A stretch of DNA of 63,984 nucleotides, counting the filler, from Basidioascus undulatus (Eukaryota), in NCBI GenBank assembly GCA_000826855.1. It is 8 parts of 8 records of this genome, joined end to end, with 100 filler letters (N's around TTAATTAATTAA, not from the genome) between each part and the next. Parts side by side here need not be neighbours in the genome. Positions count along the whole stretch, not along the records: positions 1 to 26,175 come from JTLS01000195.1; 7 more parts are not named here. One strand, 5' to 3'. The notes beneath the pieces were generated by a model, which saw nothing but the letters and a program-made list of their open reading frames with translations, ran no database searches and was not told the DNA's origin. This document shows, piece after piece, positions 13,478 through 26,175 of this stretch. The position numbers and the translations under genes are program-made. The first letter of the stretch is position 1. Each line of letters starts with the position of its first letter.

Positions 13478-14246
13478 CTTTGAACACCGGCTGGCGCCCA
13501 TCATCGTCCTCCATCCTCGGCCGCTTCGCCGACCTCCCCTCCTCCTCGTGGGCCTTAAGCGCCGCCTCCGCGCGCTTCTGCGCTGCGAGCCTGTCCAAGC
13601 CAAGCGTGCTCCTCTGCTGGGGCGCCTTGAAGACGTGTTTCTATCATCCCATACACCAAATCTTCAAGTCAGTGCTTCGTCTGTCTTACCGCTCATCAAG
13701 CGGAAGAGGGGAAGGAGAGGGGGACGCACCGGCCCCTTGACCATCAGCCCGCCCCGCACCGGCGCGTCGGGCATGAGCGTGTCCGAGTCGTGAACTTCGA
13801 TCCCGGCGGGGGCAGGCGGGTGCTGCCGCGCCTCGCGCGGGTCGGAGGAGGGGACGTGGGAGAGGATCTCGGAGTGCAGCTCGGAGAGGAAGGACGGGCG
13901 GAACTTGCCGAACATCGCCGCCGCTGAGAAATGAAGCGCGGTTGTCAGGCTCTCTTGTAGGGGGTGTGAGGAGGAGAGAGTTGGGAGACACACCCTTGCT
14001 GAACGTCTCGACACCGTTGTTCCGCGCGAGGCCGATCACCCGCTTCGCAAGCAAGCTGCCCGCCCACCATCTCTCAGCGCTGAGTTTCGCAGGAAAGAAG
14101 AGAGGAGACACGCACTCGTTCGGGTTCACGAGATTAATATGCCGCGCAACCTTGATCGCGATCTGGTGCGTGAAATCGTCGACAGCATCGTCGCCCGCGG
14201 CGGGGTGGGACGCCGCCTGCGAGACCGCTTGCGAGGCGGAGGACAT
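13478..14246 (-). CDS. PRP16: N-terminal region only of the splicing helicase Prp16/DHX38; no helicase core follows
   Basis: DDFTHQIAIKVARHINLVNPN|LLAKRVI..AAMFGKFRPSFLSELHSEILSH..HVFKAPQQRSTLGLDRLAAQKRAE resembles the basidiomycete Prp16 N-terminus, including the S.LGLD.LA..KR motif. Confidence 0.75.
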
Positions 14247-14743
14247 TCGGGAGCGGACCGGGGGTGACTGGGGGACTTTGGAGGTGCTTTGGAGGTTGTG
14301 CGGGAGAGATGGAGGGCGTGAGATGGGTTATGTAGGTGGGTGAGCAAGATGAGTGAATGTGCTGAAGGTCGGAGAGTCCCGATCAAGCTGTGGCGCGGGA
14401 TGGGGGAGTGTCCCTGTCCGGCTGGAGTCCGTGGAAGGTCCGGATGGAGGGCGCGTGGAAGACGGGTCTTCTTTTTCGCTTTTTGCTCTGGTACTTAGCG
14501 CGCTGCGTTTTTGAAGACGAGAGGAAGAGACTTGAATATATTATAAATCTACTGCTGTACATTGTACACACGCGAAACTACCTTCGGTCCACCGACCACT
14601 CCCCCTTGTTCTTATCGCGGCGATACCGCTCCCACCCTCCGCGTTTATCTCCTTCCCACCTCCTTCCCCTCTCCATCTTCCCCCCCTTCTCTCGGCCTTC
14701 TCCTAAGCTCCTCTCAACCACTCCAATCCCTCCCTCGACAACG

Positions 14744-16577
14744 ATGTCCCCCGCCGCCGCCCCCGCCCCAGGCACCTTCTCCTCCCTCCCCATCCTCTCC
14801 CTCGCCGACGCGTCCTCGCCCTCCCCCTCCCGGCGCAAGGTGCTCGCTGGCGAATTGCGAAAGGCGTGCTTGGAGGTTGGGTTTTTCTATAGTGCGTCTT
14901 CACTCCCTCATATCCTCCCTTCTGATTTGGGTGAGCGGAGTGGCTGAGAAGCCGGAGGTGGGGTGGGAGGACAGTCAAGGACCACGGTGTCCCTCCCGAT
15001 GTGATCCAGGGGGCGTTCGAGCAGGCTGAGCGGTTCTTTGCGTTGCCGCTGGATGAGAAGGAGAAGGTGTGTTTGGATCAGCTCGACCGGCATACACACT
15101 CATCCCGGATAGACACAGATCGATATCGCCCTCTCGTCTTCCTTCCGAGGCTATACCGGCGTGGGTCCCTCCTCTTCCTTCCACCTTCCCCCCCAGCTCC
15201 TCATACTCACCTCATCTCGGCCCCATCTCCACCTCCTCCCCATTCCCGATCCCCGTCCCTCTCCTCTCCCTCTCTTCCCCTTCTCACCGTCCATCCCTCT
15301 CCTTCCCCCTCCCCAACCCCGCAGCTCTACAAAGAGCGCGTCGACACCTCGCAGCCGCAGGGCGACCTGCACGAGGGGTTCAACCTCGGTCTCGAGTCCG
15401 GGCAAACCATGGGCGGGGAGAATGTGTGGCCTGATTCACAGGGAGAAGGGTTCAGGGAGCCGGTGATGCGGTACTAGTGCGTCCCTGTCCTTCTCTACTC
15501 TGCTTCTGTCCTTCTTCATTATATTGTCACTGAGGAAGTGGTGGGGCTTCAGCGACGCCATCGTCTCCCTAGGCAAGCGCCTCTTCCCACTCTTCGCGCT
15601 CGCCCTAGACCTGGACGAGACGTTCTTCGACCATAAGGTCCTTTCCCTCCTTCTCCCCTCCTTCCTTCTTTCCCCTTCACCTCCATCCTCCCTTTCCATC
15701 ATACCCTATTTTCCCACAACGATACTGATGCGCAGAGGAACGATAGACGAACGAAGGCGCCGCCATCATGCGCCTGCTGCACTACCCCCCCGCCCCGCCA
15801 CCTTCCTCCTCCCAATCCGAGTCGCTCGGAATTGGGGCTCATACCGAGTACGCCCTCTTCCCCATCCTCTCCTACTCGTTCAGCACCCCCGACTAAGTTG
15901 GCATACCACGAAAGCTACGAGTGCTTCACCATCCTAGCGCAAGATACCGTCCCCGCTTTGCAAGTCCGGAACGCGCTCGGGGAATGTGGGTCCTGGTCCC
16001 CATCCCCCTTTTCCCTTCCTTCGCTCCCATACTTCGGGAATTACTGATGTTGCTTGATCCGGAAGGGATCGACGCCCCCCCTATCCCGGGCACGTTCGTA
16101 GTCAATATCGGGGACCAGCTGTCGCGGTGGACGAGTTGGTCTTCTTCTTCCTTCCTCCTCACTTCCTCCTCCTTCCTCGCCTTCCTTTTCTCCTGCTCTT
16201 TAAGGTTGTATGAGCTGAGGAGCTGACGGGCCCGCCTCGGGCAGATGATCTCTTCCTCTCCACCCCGCACCGCGCCTCCAACCTCACCGGCCAACGGCGG
16301 TACTCGATCCCGGTTTTTTACGGGACTAACTATGACGTGCCGCTCAAGGTCCGTTTCCCTCCACCCCTCCATCGGGCCTCTCTCCTTCCTTACCCATCCA
16401 TCTCGGGTCTTTCTCCTCCGTTTCAAACTCTTTCCGCTCGACTATGTGGAAGTACTGATGTGCAGCGGGGTGAAATAGACAATCCCAACTTGCATCACCC
16501 CGGAGCGGCCAGAGAAGTACGAGGTCGTGAGCGCGGGGAATTATGTGCAGGGACGGCTGAGGGAGACATATTTGTGA
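14744..16577 (+). CDS. 2-oxoglutarate/Fe(II) dioxygenase (IPNS-like, DIOX_N + 2OG-FeII_Oxy), multi-exon
   Basis: LPILSL..LRKACLEVGFFY..HGV..FFALPLDEK; GIGAHTD|YECFTILAQD (HxD); PIPGTFVVNIGDQLSRWT; STPHR..RRYSIPVF (distal His and RxS); ends RLRETYL*. Confidence 0.92.
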
Positions 16578-17720
16578 GCTGGCGTTTGGCGGGTGATACA
16601 TCGAGAGAATGTGGGTTAATGCATAGACTTTCATCGAAGGGCATCATGCTGTCAGTACTATGAGCTGCTCGGAAGAACACAAAGGTGATATGAGGATGTG
16701 TTCCAAATCGGCTCTGACCCGTTGCTTTTGATCCGAGCAATAATGACGATGAAGCAAGTCTCTTCATCCTCATCCACCCGCACGCAGGGAGATCCGCGAG
16801 AAAGCCCTGCCTCCTGCGCTGCAAACACTTCACACCAGAGCTCCGCAGGAAGTGTTGCCCCCTTACACTGCAATTTAAAGTTCACGAGGCAGTGAATGTC
16901 GCTCAGCACATTGGAAAGAAAGGGCCTGTCCTTTGGGATCGATCCGTTCGTCGACCGGCACCGTATGAGCTAGAAATGCGCTCGAGTCTGGCCATCTTTC
17001 TCAACAAGTCAAAGGGGGCATTAAGCTTGTTTAACGCAATGGGATTTTCATTGGCCTTTACCCAGGCGCCTTTTCGGATCCGGTTGGGGGGAAGGCGTGG
17101 TCCTCAAGACTCCGCTGCGCGAACGCTCGCAGGTCCTCCGTGTTGCTCGAACTGGACATCTACCACTACCACGGCATATCTCAATGTAACTTCCAGAAGA
17201 ATTATCGAGCTTAAACACTTCAGAGCGCTAGGTATCAGCCGCTGTCAGCTTGGGGATCAGCGTGTGACGCGAAGTCTTGCCTGTCTGCAGCCGGTAGTCA
17301 ACAGCGTGAGAGAGCAAGCGGCGCATTGCCCATGTTTCAATGTGAGGTCGATGGAATTTTTTTCCGCCGGTGTTGTAGGAATTAGATGAAGCGTTCGGGG
17401 GTTACAGCCCAGAAGTGAACAATGCGTACACCCGCCTGGCGCTTAAGGGGCGACACCAGGAGCAACGCAACAGCAAGAGGTATCTAACCCCTGTACGTGT
17501 GGAATTCGGTGCGTTTATTGCAATCCATCTTTGTTGTGTAAAATTGTAAAAATTGGGGTGTCCACGGCTCCACTTTGCTCCACAGAACATATTACTGTGG
17601 GACGAAGCCGGCCTTCTGTCTCGATGCAAGTCCCCTTGTTCATCATCAATTGCTGCTGCCTGTCCTGGCTTTTCACAGTCCACCACCATCCACCACCCTT
17701 ACGCTCTTTCGTCTTTCATC

Positions 17721-19583
17721 ATGAGTTACAACCGCCGTCTAGATGCCTCCGACCCTGCCGATTACGCGCTCTTTCTCCAGTCGCTGGCGAACCATCCCGA
17801 AACTACCGACGCGCAGCGCTCGGCCTTGACGCGTCCCTTCGAGGTTGTTGGCCTGCTCAGGCGGATAGCGCTGGATGAAGATGAATCGAATCTTTTGAGC
17901 TCTTTGTTGTTAGGGCTCAAGGACCATCGTGCTTGGGTGAAGCACTCTTTCCTTCGTCCTGTGCGTGAATGCGATGTTATCTATTGCTCACACAGTTTGC
18001 GACAGGCGGAGGTGCGACATGTCCTCGCCCATGTGCTTGTAGCACGGTTCACCTTCAAGAAGGTCTTGGAAGCCTTCGGCTCTGTACGTGGGAGAACCCA
18101 ACCGTTCGTCAATGTGCACTTAGTCGTCTCTGGGTGTGCCGAAACAGCAAGGTTCCGCCTCCTGGATCGCGCTCGTCTCGTCCGTTTTGAGCGTGCTACG
18201 TTCGTGCCAGACGCCGGCCAACCGGCCTACCCAGTCGGCGATTTCCAAAGGCTTCCCGAGTCTTATGGACTCCGTGCGTCTTTCGCATGTCCTACGAGTC
18301 CCCAGACAGAGGATCTGACTTTCAAGACTGGCGCCGGTGTTCGCAGTTCTGGACACACCGGACCTTTCTCCAGCAGGACGCCTGGGGGGACGCCTTGGCA
18401 GTCCAAGAGGTTGTTGACCTCTTGTGCCGTCTCGGGGAGAGCGGTGACGGGTATTTAAGGTAAAATGTGGCTACAGGTCTCGGAGAGCTGGTTGTCTACT
18501 TTCTAATCTTTCTTACCGTAGGGCGATGACGGAGCGTAGATATACCTTACCGTTTCTTGCTCTCATATTCATATTCATATGGAGAACCTCCGGCCCGCCG
18601 GCGTTGTTCTTCACTGTCGCCCAGATCCTTCGTGGGCTCTTCACCCAGCCGACACTCTCCATCACGCCGTTCGTCTCCGCGGCCGACACTTCCTCCATCC
18701 TTCCGCACAGCAGCGACCTGATTGATCCAAGTCCGGATGCTCTCATGACCGCGACGCACATCGACCTCTTACCGATCGTCGACCCTCTGCGCTCCGCCCA
18801 CGACCGCTGTGCCGAGAGACTGCTCGCGAGCGTCCGCGGGAACGTAAATCCAGTCCAAGCCGCAATGAGGAGGCTAGAAGAAGAGGTTTCTGGCAGGACG
18901 CTTGGATCGGGGTTGGAACTGTTCTGCGCCGGGCTAAAGCTGCTCCAGATCGTGTTTGCCGGTCCGGTGCAGCAGTGCGTCCTCTCACTTCCCCATTTCC
19001 ATCTCAGATTCTCCGGACACCATGACCCAATTTGTTTATTATAGCGATACAGCACGCTGCTGGATTGACGGCAGCTTGTGGGAGCTCCTCTTCTCTATCT
19101 CCACAGCTATCGGCAAGGTCGACGGACGTCCGCACATAGGTGCGTTTCATCGTTCTTTCAGCCTGTCCTCCTGTTAATGACTTACCAACTATCCCTTAAT
19201 ACCTCCAGACCTTCTAATCGAACTTTTCGAGACCCTGTATATTCGTGTACTCGAATCCCCCGAGCTTTGGCGGTACTCGCTGCCTCATTTCCTCGGGAAG
19301 GGCTGTTGCGGACTATCAGGCAGGAGGCGGAGGCGGAAGCTTGCTGCACCTTACCGGGATGCGAGCAGCCTGCGGTGAAGCGCTGTACGGGTTGTCTGCA
19401 GTCCATATACTGCAGTCGGGAGCATCAGAAGAGGTGAGTTACTCTGCTTGTTGGATTGTTTTCTGTGTTTCTCGCGCTATTCTCGCTACTACCTCGGCAT
19501 GCGCTTACTACGTGACTGCCGACAGGGACTGGAAAGCGAGGCACAAAACCGAGTGCAGAAGGATGCATCACGAGAAATTGTAA
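17721..19583 (+). CDS. Protein with a C-terminal MYND-type zinc finger, multi-exon
   Basis: CTLPGCEQPAVKRCTGCLQSIYCSREHQKR|DWKARHKTEC is a MYND finger split by a GT-AG intron. The upstream exon structure is uncertain. Confidence 0.75.
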
Positions 19584-19769
19584 CGCAGTCGCGACATTTG
19601 AGTGTCTGTCTAAGGTTCTTCCAGGGTTCAATTGGCCGAAGTCGCATTGTCAGTTACTTTACTGCTAGTGCACACGGCATCACTGCCTTTTCAGTTTCCG
19701 ACCTTGGCAGTCAGACGCCAGGTCCGAACCCGCAAAAATCCTTTACGACACCTCTAACGCGGAATCCAA

Positions 19770-20477
19770 TCATTTCACCTCTAAAAATCCCCCCTTCATC
19801 TCTTCCACGGTCAGACTCTCCCACCCGCAAGTCCTCCCGGGAAGTAGCGATCCACCAGGGCCTCGTGTAGGACTGTCGAGGTCTGCGCAGGCGTCCTTGA
19901 CAACAGTGACCTTGAAGTCGGCATCGACGGCCGAGCGGAAGGTGGCCAGTATAACTCCGCTACAGAGAGGGTCAGACGTCTCATATTGCCGAGAATGGGT
20001 CAAGCCTGCGGACCTTGTCGCTACTCCAGCGAAGACAACGTGCTTCGTACGCAATTTGCTCAAGTCGGAGAGTAGGTTGGTGTCGTGGAAAGGGCTTGCG
20101 CGGGGCCGGTGGTAAAGAGCCTCATCCCTGAGTGCAAGGTAGACCATCAGTCCCTGCTGCTTCAGAGCGATATGGGCCTACACACCGATTGAGGGGCCAC
20201 CTCAGGCAGAATAAGGGCGTTCTCCACCGAAACCTCAAGAGTGTCGCCCTCGAGGAAGTCTCCCAGCGGCGACGTCTGATTAACGCTGTATAGGTTGGAA
20301 TCCGATCTCTTGCACCCCCCAGCAACTACATGGGCTATTTCAACGTCGTGCCCGTTCGAGTTGAGGCCCCGCGCCAGGGCGAGCACGTCTACTGCCCGGG
20401 CGACCGCCGCGTCGAATGCGGGAAGAACTTGCTCCGGGATGAAGGAGGAAGTCGCAGAAGAGAAATAGGGTGGACAT
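19770..20477 (-). pseudogene. Isochorismatase-like hydrolase, apparently frameshifted
   Basis: MSTLFLFCDF; HVVFAGVAT|SGVILATFRSAVDADFKVTVVKDACADLD. Frame changes are needed after CDF and before LHEALVDRYFP. Confidence 0.6.
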
Positions 20478-22119
20478 GGTCTCTGATGTGGTTAGATCAG
20501 GTACGAGCACAAAGGAAAGCCAACGGCGACGAGCCCGAACGTCGCCGTGGTCGGGGCCGCGTCAGCGTCACTTGGTATACCTCTTCCCTTACACCAAGAG
20601 GGCATGCAGTAGAAACTAGGAGCTTTGCCTTACAGAAGTGACACCATGTTGAATACGAAGACTGTCACGCTGGCCGCCGCCGCAGTCAAAACTTGAAAGC
20701 TGCATCGCATACACCGCAGCGTAAGTGAAAGCAGGTCATGCTTCCGCTCATGCGCCATATAAGTATAAATATAAACCACTCGGAGTGGTATCAGAGATCA
20801 TACAGTTTCTCAAGCGCCCACAGCGTCGGCCTTCAGCTCCTATCCACGCTGCGTGCCCCCCCGTCCTGCACCTTCTCCTCGCCTGCAAGCAAGAGCAATA
20901 TTTGACAGAAGTTGCTGCTCCGGCCTCAGACGAGGCCGTCCGCGTGGAAAGCAAGATACGTGAAGTCTCGAACGAACGTCCGCACGACCTCGAGCCGCTT
21001 GAGGGGCGGGAGCTGCGGTCTGGTCGTGCCCGCCTGGCTGCTGTTGCAACGTGGGGGACGCGGAGGCTGTCGAGCGAGCGGAAGACGTTGGCGGAGAGGT
21101 CTGAGTCGAGGGAGGAAGAGAAGGAGGACATTGCTTTGGAGGGGTCGTCGGACATGATAACGAGTGTTGCGGGAGGGGAATGTGCCGAAGAGGAAGGCAG
21201 TGCGGGTGTGAGAATTTCGCTGGCGACGTCGAGGAACGGTTTCGCCGTCCCCCCCCTCGGAGCCTCACTCCCGACCAGAGAGACACAGATGCCTCCCGCA
21301 ATTTGTCTCCCAGCCGGAAGTGTACCTCGATGCGTGGTCCCCCCGTATGCTCGTCCGCGCGGTCGAGGTGGATGCGGTTCGACGACTGCCCGATAGCGAC
21401 TGCTGGTCGATAGACACCCTCTTCGTCGAAAGTGTGTAAGCGATAGTCAGAATTGGCAACAGCGAAATGACAAACCCGTTGCACGGTCGACCGTCCATAG
21501 ACACAAGACAGCGGAGAAGGCGGCCAGAGCAAGTACGAAGGGCCGTTTAGATGCCGACATCGAGCTGTAGCCATCACCCCGCTATGAGCGACCCTGCACT
21601 TGTGCACGCTTGCCTACTCTTCACATACTGGAGAGAAGGGTATGATGAATGTCGGTAACGAAGAAGAGGGCAACACGGCAGACCCATTCCGGTTGGCGCT
21701 GAACCAGATCGCACCTCACCAGCGGAAAGGCACGTTGTCCTTGCGGAAGAACTGATGTTCTACACCGACCGCGGGTATTCGAAGGACTTTACGACTGAAT
21801 GAGAACGGTCTCTTTTACGGCGGGTACGGGACACTCGCACACTCTCTCCTCCTGTCGCCGTTACAGCTTTAATCCCCCTCAACTGCCAACTCCTTCAACT
21901 CACCACGCACCCGAATATGCGGGCGACTCTGGCGAAGCAACAAGGTTTGAAATTGAGTGCAAGCCACGGGAAGTGGCAACCGTTCTCGACAAGCCTTGGA
22001 ACCTACAAATCTGTTATTACAGAGCTCGTAAAATGCATTGGCGGTTTACTACTAATCTATGGGCAGGATCTTCCACGAGGTAAAGTATGCCGACTGTCGC
22101 AGTTGATGGCTGAGAAGGC

Positions 22120-22560
22120 GCTCCGTCTGGGGGACGACCGGAGGTCCTCAGTCACTTCAAATGATGATTCCAGTTGTGAGATGAAAGGGCTGGAGTGTCT
22201 CCATTGGTGTGAAAAAAGCAGGTATCACGGTACGTACTCTCACCGAAGCAGTTTCGCCGCAACTTCAAGGCGCAGACAGGAACTGGAGTACTGAGAGCCG
22301 GTTCGGACGCTCACGCCACAAGAGACCCGCGCTGAGGCAGAAATATCAGCTCTGCCCACTTGAGAATCTACAGAAAGCGGCACGCAGCATCTCCCACCCG
22401 GACTGTACCTGCTGCCGCAATCCGCTGCTTTCCCCGCCTAGGCCAGCAGGGACGCCCTACTCATCAGCTCTTTCAGGGCGGGGAAGACCTGGATTTTGTA
22501 AAAAATAAAAAAATAAAATTGAGAGGGAGGTGATAAATCCCCATCTGTAGCGGGAATCGC
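22120..22560 (+). mobile_element. Degenerate LTR-retrotransposon relic (integrase-like fragment and PPT-like tract)
   Basis: DDRRSSVTS and KAGITVRTLTEAVSPQLQGADRN resemble the integrase core (DxGxxFTS..GI....PQxNGxAERxN). TTGAGAGGGAGG|TG at ~22519-22532 resembles a polypurine tract followed by an LTR start. Confidence 0.35.
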
Positions 22561-22729
22561 TGTTCCAAGCAACACGTTGAGTGTGAGATGAGACTGGCAG
22601 CAAACGCTGCTTCGTTCGTAGCTTGCTGGAGAGCAAGGGGAGTCAAACGAAAAAGGGGGGGACTCAGAGCCTCTTGTCAGCTTACCTTATGCAAGGGAGG
22701 TGTTGGCTGATGCATGATTTGTGTGCCTG

Positions 22730-24165
22730 CCTCAAGGACTATCTTGTCAACGCTTGTCTCCTCTGGTGCTGTTTCCTCAATGAGGGTCTCTGCCTATAGT
22801 GTATTTTAAAGTCCTGTTTCTTACAAGACAGTGTTGTTAAGGACTGTCTGCTCTAGAGTTGTCTGTTGCTAGATTGTGCCCTGTCAGACCACGGACTGTC
22901 GTTCAACGGACGGCCCTGTCTTCCTGTGACGATGGTCGTTCTCCCGACTGTTGAGACGAAAATCCATTAGTTATGTAACTCCAATATGTCTAAGCATCCC
23001 CAATCGTAACGGATGGCACGTCAGAGTCACAGTCTCACCTCCGCCTTCAGCACATTCCAGTCCCGAATCCGCACCCGCCCGCCACTCGCCCGTTCGCCCG
23101 CGCTCTCTCTCTCTTTCTGCCACCCACCATCCCTTCTACACACATGGATTACTCACCGTACTCACAAGTACTCAAGACTTGGCTCCACGGAGCCTCCGCT
23201 GACCCCGGTGCCACCACCACTACGCTCTACGGAGCTGTCCTCTCCTTAGTTTACCGTTTCCGCAAGTCCGCAAGCTACGTAAGGGGCCTCAAGTCTCTCT
23301 GCGAAGCTTTCAATGCTTTATGGGATCTAGGGAGAGTGGTTTATGATCGCTTCAGGCTCCCTTCGCCACTCGTGCGTTCTCCGGATCGCACGGGCAGTGC
23401 GCAGCGGCCTTTGAGCTGTCCATATCGCGCTCCCAAAGCTGTTCTCCTTGTTTCGTCTGAAACGCCTAGGTCCCCCATGCACAGGTCTGCGCAAGCCCAT
23501 GCAAGCTCGTGCGGCGACGTCACTCACTCTCTCTGTCTGTGCTTCCAACGCAGCAGCCCCGCGAGGCCGTATTGTCTCCTTTCTTAGCTGTTGATTGGTT
23601 TATGCGCATAGTAACACAAGCTGACGCGTTCAGCATGGTTACTCCACCGCCGACCAGGGCATGCCGGCGTCAGCCTTGACCTTTTCGGAACGTGGAACGC
23701 GCTGTCCTGGTGCTTAAGATGGGGTTCCGGGGCTGTCTGATAGCCGCAGTGGTCGAAGGAGGGCGCAGAGAGTTCAACAGCGCGGGACGGTTTGCTTCAT
23801 GGTAGTCCCGGCCAGCGCATTAGCAAGTTCGGTGAAACGCAGTCCGTGTGGAATTCGCAGCGGCAGCATCACGGTTCCGTACTACAGTGTCCGCCGTTCC
23901 CAATCTTCACCCCCCTCCTGTGTGTGCCTCCCGCCGGCGATGCTCGCATTTCGGCAGCGGCTCGTTAGGCTCCTGTGAAGTAACGGTCTGTGGGAGGATA
24001 GTCCGCTCAAGAACTTTTATTGTCAGGGCTGTATTCTCGAGGACTATGATTCAAATGACTGCCTGCGTGACAATGGTCTGTTCCAGCACATGAGAGGTCT
24101 TTATGATTGTTCTAAGGACTGTCACTGGACAGATTGTCAGATTGTCCCGTCAAGGGCTGTCTTAT
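22730..24165 (+). mobile_element. Possible hAT-like DNA transposon remnant between motif clusters
   Basis: VLSLVYRFRKS and LDLFGTWNALSWCLRW (~23675-23725) resemble hAT LDVxTRWNSTxxML. Clusters of GGACTGTC-like motifs lie on both sides. Confidence 0.3.
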
Positions 24166-25021
24166 GCCGAATAGATACATGTACCTTAAGAACAGGGCCC
24201 TTTGCAAGGCCAGTATTCCTGAAAGGATGTTCTTCGGGGTAACTAAGGAAAGGTTCGACGGACTTGCCGGATAGTCACCAAGCCTGCCCAAATATGTCTT
24301 CTCTCGTGTCCTTTGGCCCGTTCGTTGTCTATCATCTGTAACAAACGTTTATGGGAGCTTATCCAAGCATATGACGATCTTAGTGTTGAGGGGAGGGAGA
24401 ATGTGTGTGTTCTTCTCGCCGGTGCCAACACGCCCAGGTTGCGTAGGGTATGCCTTGTTTGCACCTCACTCCGTAGAGCCACAAGAGTAGATACCCTTAG
24501 GATAAGATGCATTGCCTCTTTTTAAAGAAGTTTAGATGGACCGGTAAATAAGAAGAAGGAAAAAAGACAGAGCTGGTTGTCCCTGTGGGCAAGCGACCAA
24601 CAGATCAAGGCCGCCTGCTCGTCCGTCTCAACGGACAGCGTGACGGAAGGAGAAGATTATCTCTCACATTGCAGGTCTTTCCTCCCTGCTTTTCTGTGCT
24701 GTGCTGTGAGAAGATACCCAAGGCCTCCTGCACATTGAAAGCGGCTGTGCCATTGCAGGCAGCATGTATTCTCCTGCGCCGATAGGGCCCGCGCTTGGCG
24801 CTCGAAACGCGTGCCTCCTCTGGCCCTTGGCTGCCCCTGACCTTGTTCCCGTCGCCCTCGTCCTCGAGCCTCGCCCGCACGTCCACCTCAGCATCCATCC
24901 TCCAAAAATTCACCACCGGCAGCAACAACAGCCCCCTCCGGATCCCCTCCTCCAGCTCCTGTTGTCTCCCGACCTTCACCAGCCCCGGAGCTCGTAGCTC
25001 GTAGCGATCGACTGACGTCCA

Positions 25022-26051
25022 ATGGGTGCTTGCACTTCCTGCTGCGGTGCGTATACCCTCACCACCCATAACCCACCTCAGCACACAGGAGTGCTGAATT
25101 GTATTTGGTGGTGGATACGCTGCAGGTGGGCGCCGGCGGGACTCGGAGTACGAGCCGCTCCTGCTCGTGCGTCTTCCGCGGCCAACACCCCAAAGCGCGG
25201 CGCAGCTTACGGTGGGATGGATGGGATGGCGTGCAGGACTCTGAGCGCGACGCGGTGGCCGACCTCCTCGCGTTCCTCGAGAACCGCGAGAACGTGCCCT
25301 GGTTCGAGGGCGCGCCGGGCGCGGGCTCGCCCCTGGGCGCGCTCACCACGCTCGCGTATTCCGTGCGCCTCTCCCCTCCTCCCCCCCCACACCCATCCCG
25401 CGAAGCTGAAACTCGAGTGGGGGTGATGACAGTCCAACGTCGACCTCCAGCGCTCCGCCGCGCTTGCCTTCGCAGAGATTACCGAGAAGGAGGTGCGCGA
25501 GGTGGGGCGGGACACGCTCGAGCCCCTGCTTTACCTCCTCGCGAACCACGATACCGAGGTGCAGCGCGCGAGCAGCGCGGCGCTGGGAAATTTGGCGGTG
25601 AACAGTACGTTGAGGGGGCTGAAAGAATAGGGAAGGGCGGGCAGGCGGCTAATGCATGCATGGGTGGGCAGCTGAGAACAAGCTCCTTATCGTCAGGCTC
25701 GGCGGGCTCGAGCCGCTGATCCGGCAGATGCTTTCGGTGCGCCTTGCGTACTCCACCCCATACTTCCTTACCCCTGCTTATTCTCACATCGCACCCGAAC
25801 CCGCAGCCCAACGTCGAAGTCCAATGCAACGCCGTCGGCTGCGTGACGAACCTGGCAACGCACGGTTTGTCCCTGCCCCGTCTTCTTCCCTATCGGCGCA
25901 TGATTCTCAACCGCCGTACGCGGGGCAGATGAGAACAAAACCAAGATCGCCAAGTCCGGCGCGCTCGTACCGCTCACGCGGCTCGCGCGGAGCAAGGACA
26001 TGCGCGTCCAGCGCAACGCGACGGGCGCGCTCCTGAACATGACGCATTCCG
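25022..26051 (+). CDS. VAC8: Vacuolar protein 8 (armadillo repeats), 5' part only
   Basis: MGACTSCC (myristoylation/palmitoylation-type N-terminus); [95 protein letters not shown]. Confidence 0.96.
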
Positions 26052-26175
26052 GTCCGTTTTCCCCCTCCCTTCCTCTCTGGGATCATAGAAGTTGAAACTA
26101 GCGAGGATGCGGGTCTCGACCGCGTTCGCCTGGCGCATATCGAGCTGCACGGGGTTTCGTACGGCGTTGTGGATT

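Noticed and set aside
21642..21702. ATGATGA...CTGA resembling a C/D-box snoRNA
   Set aside because: No terminal stem or recognisable rRNA-complementary guide; these short motifs occur by chance.
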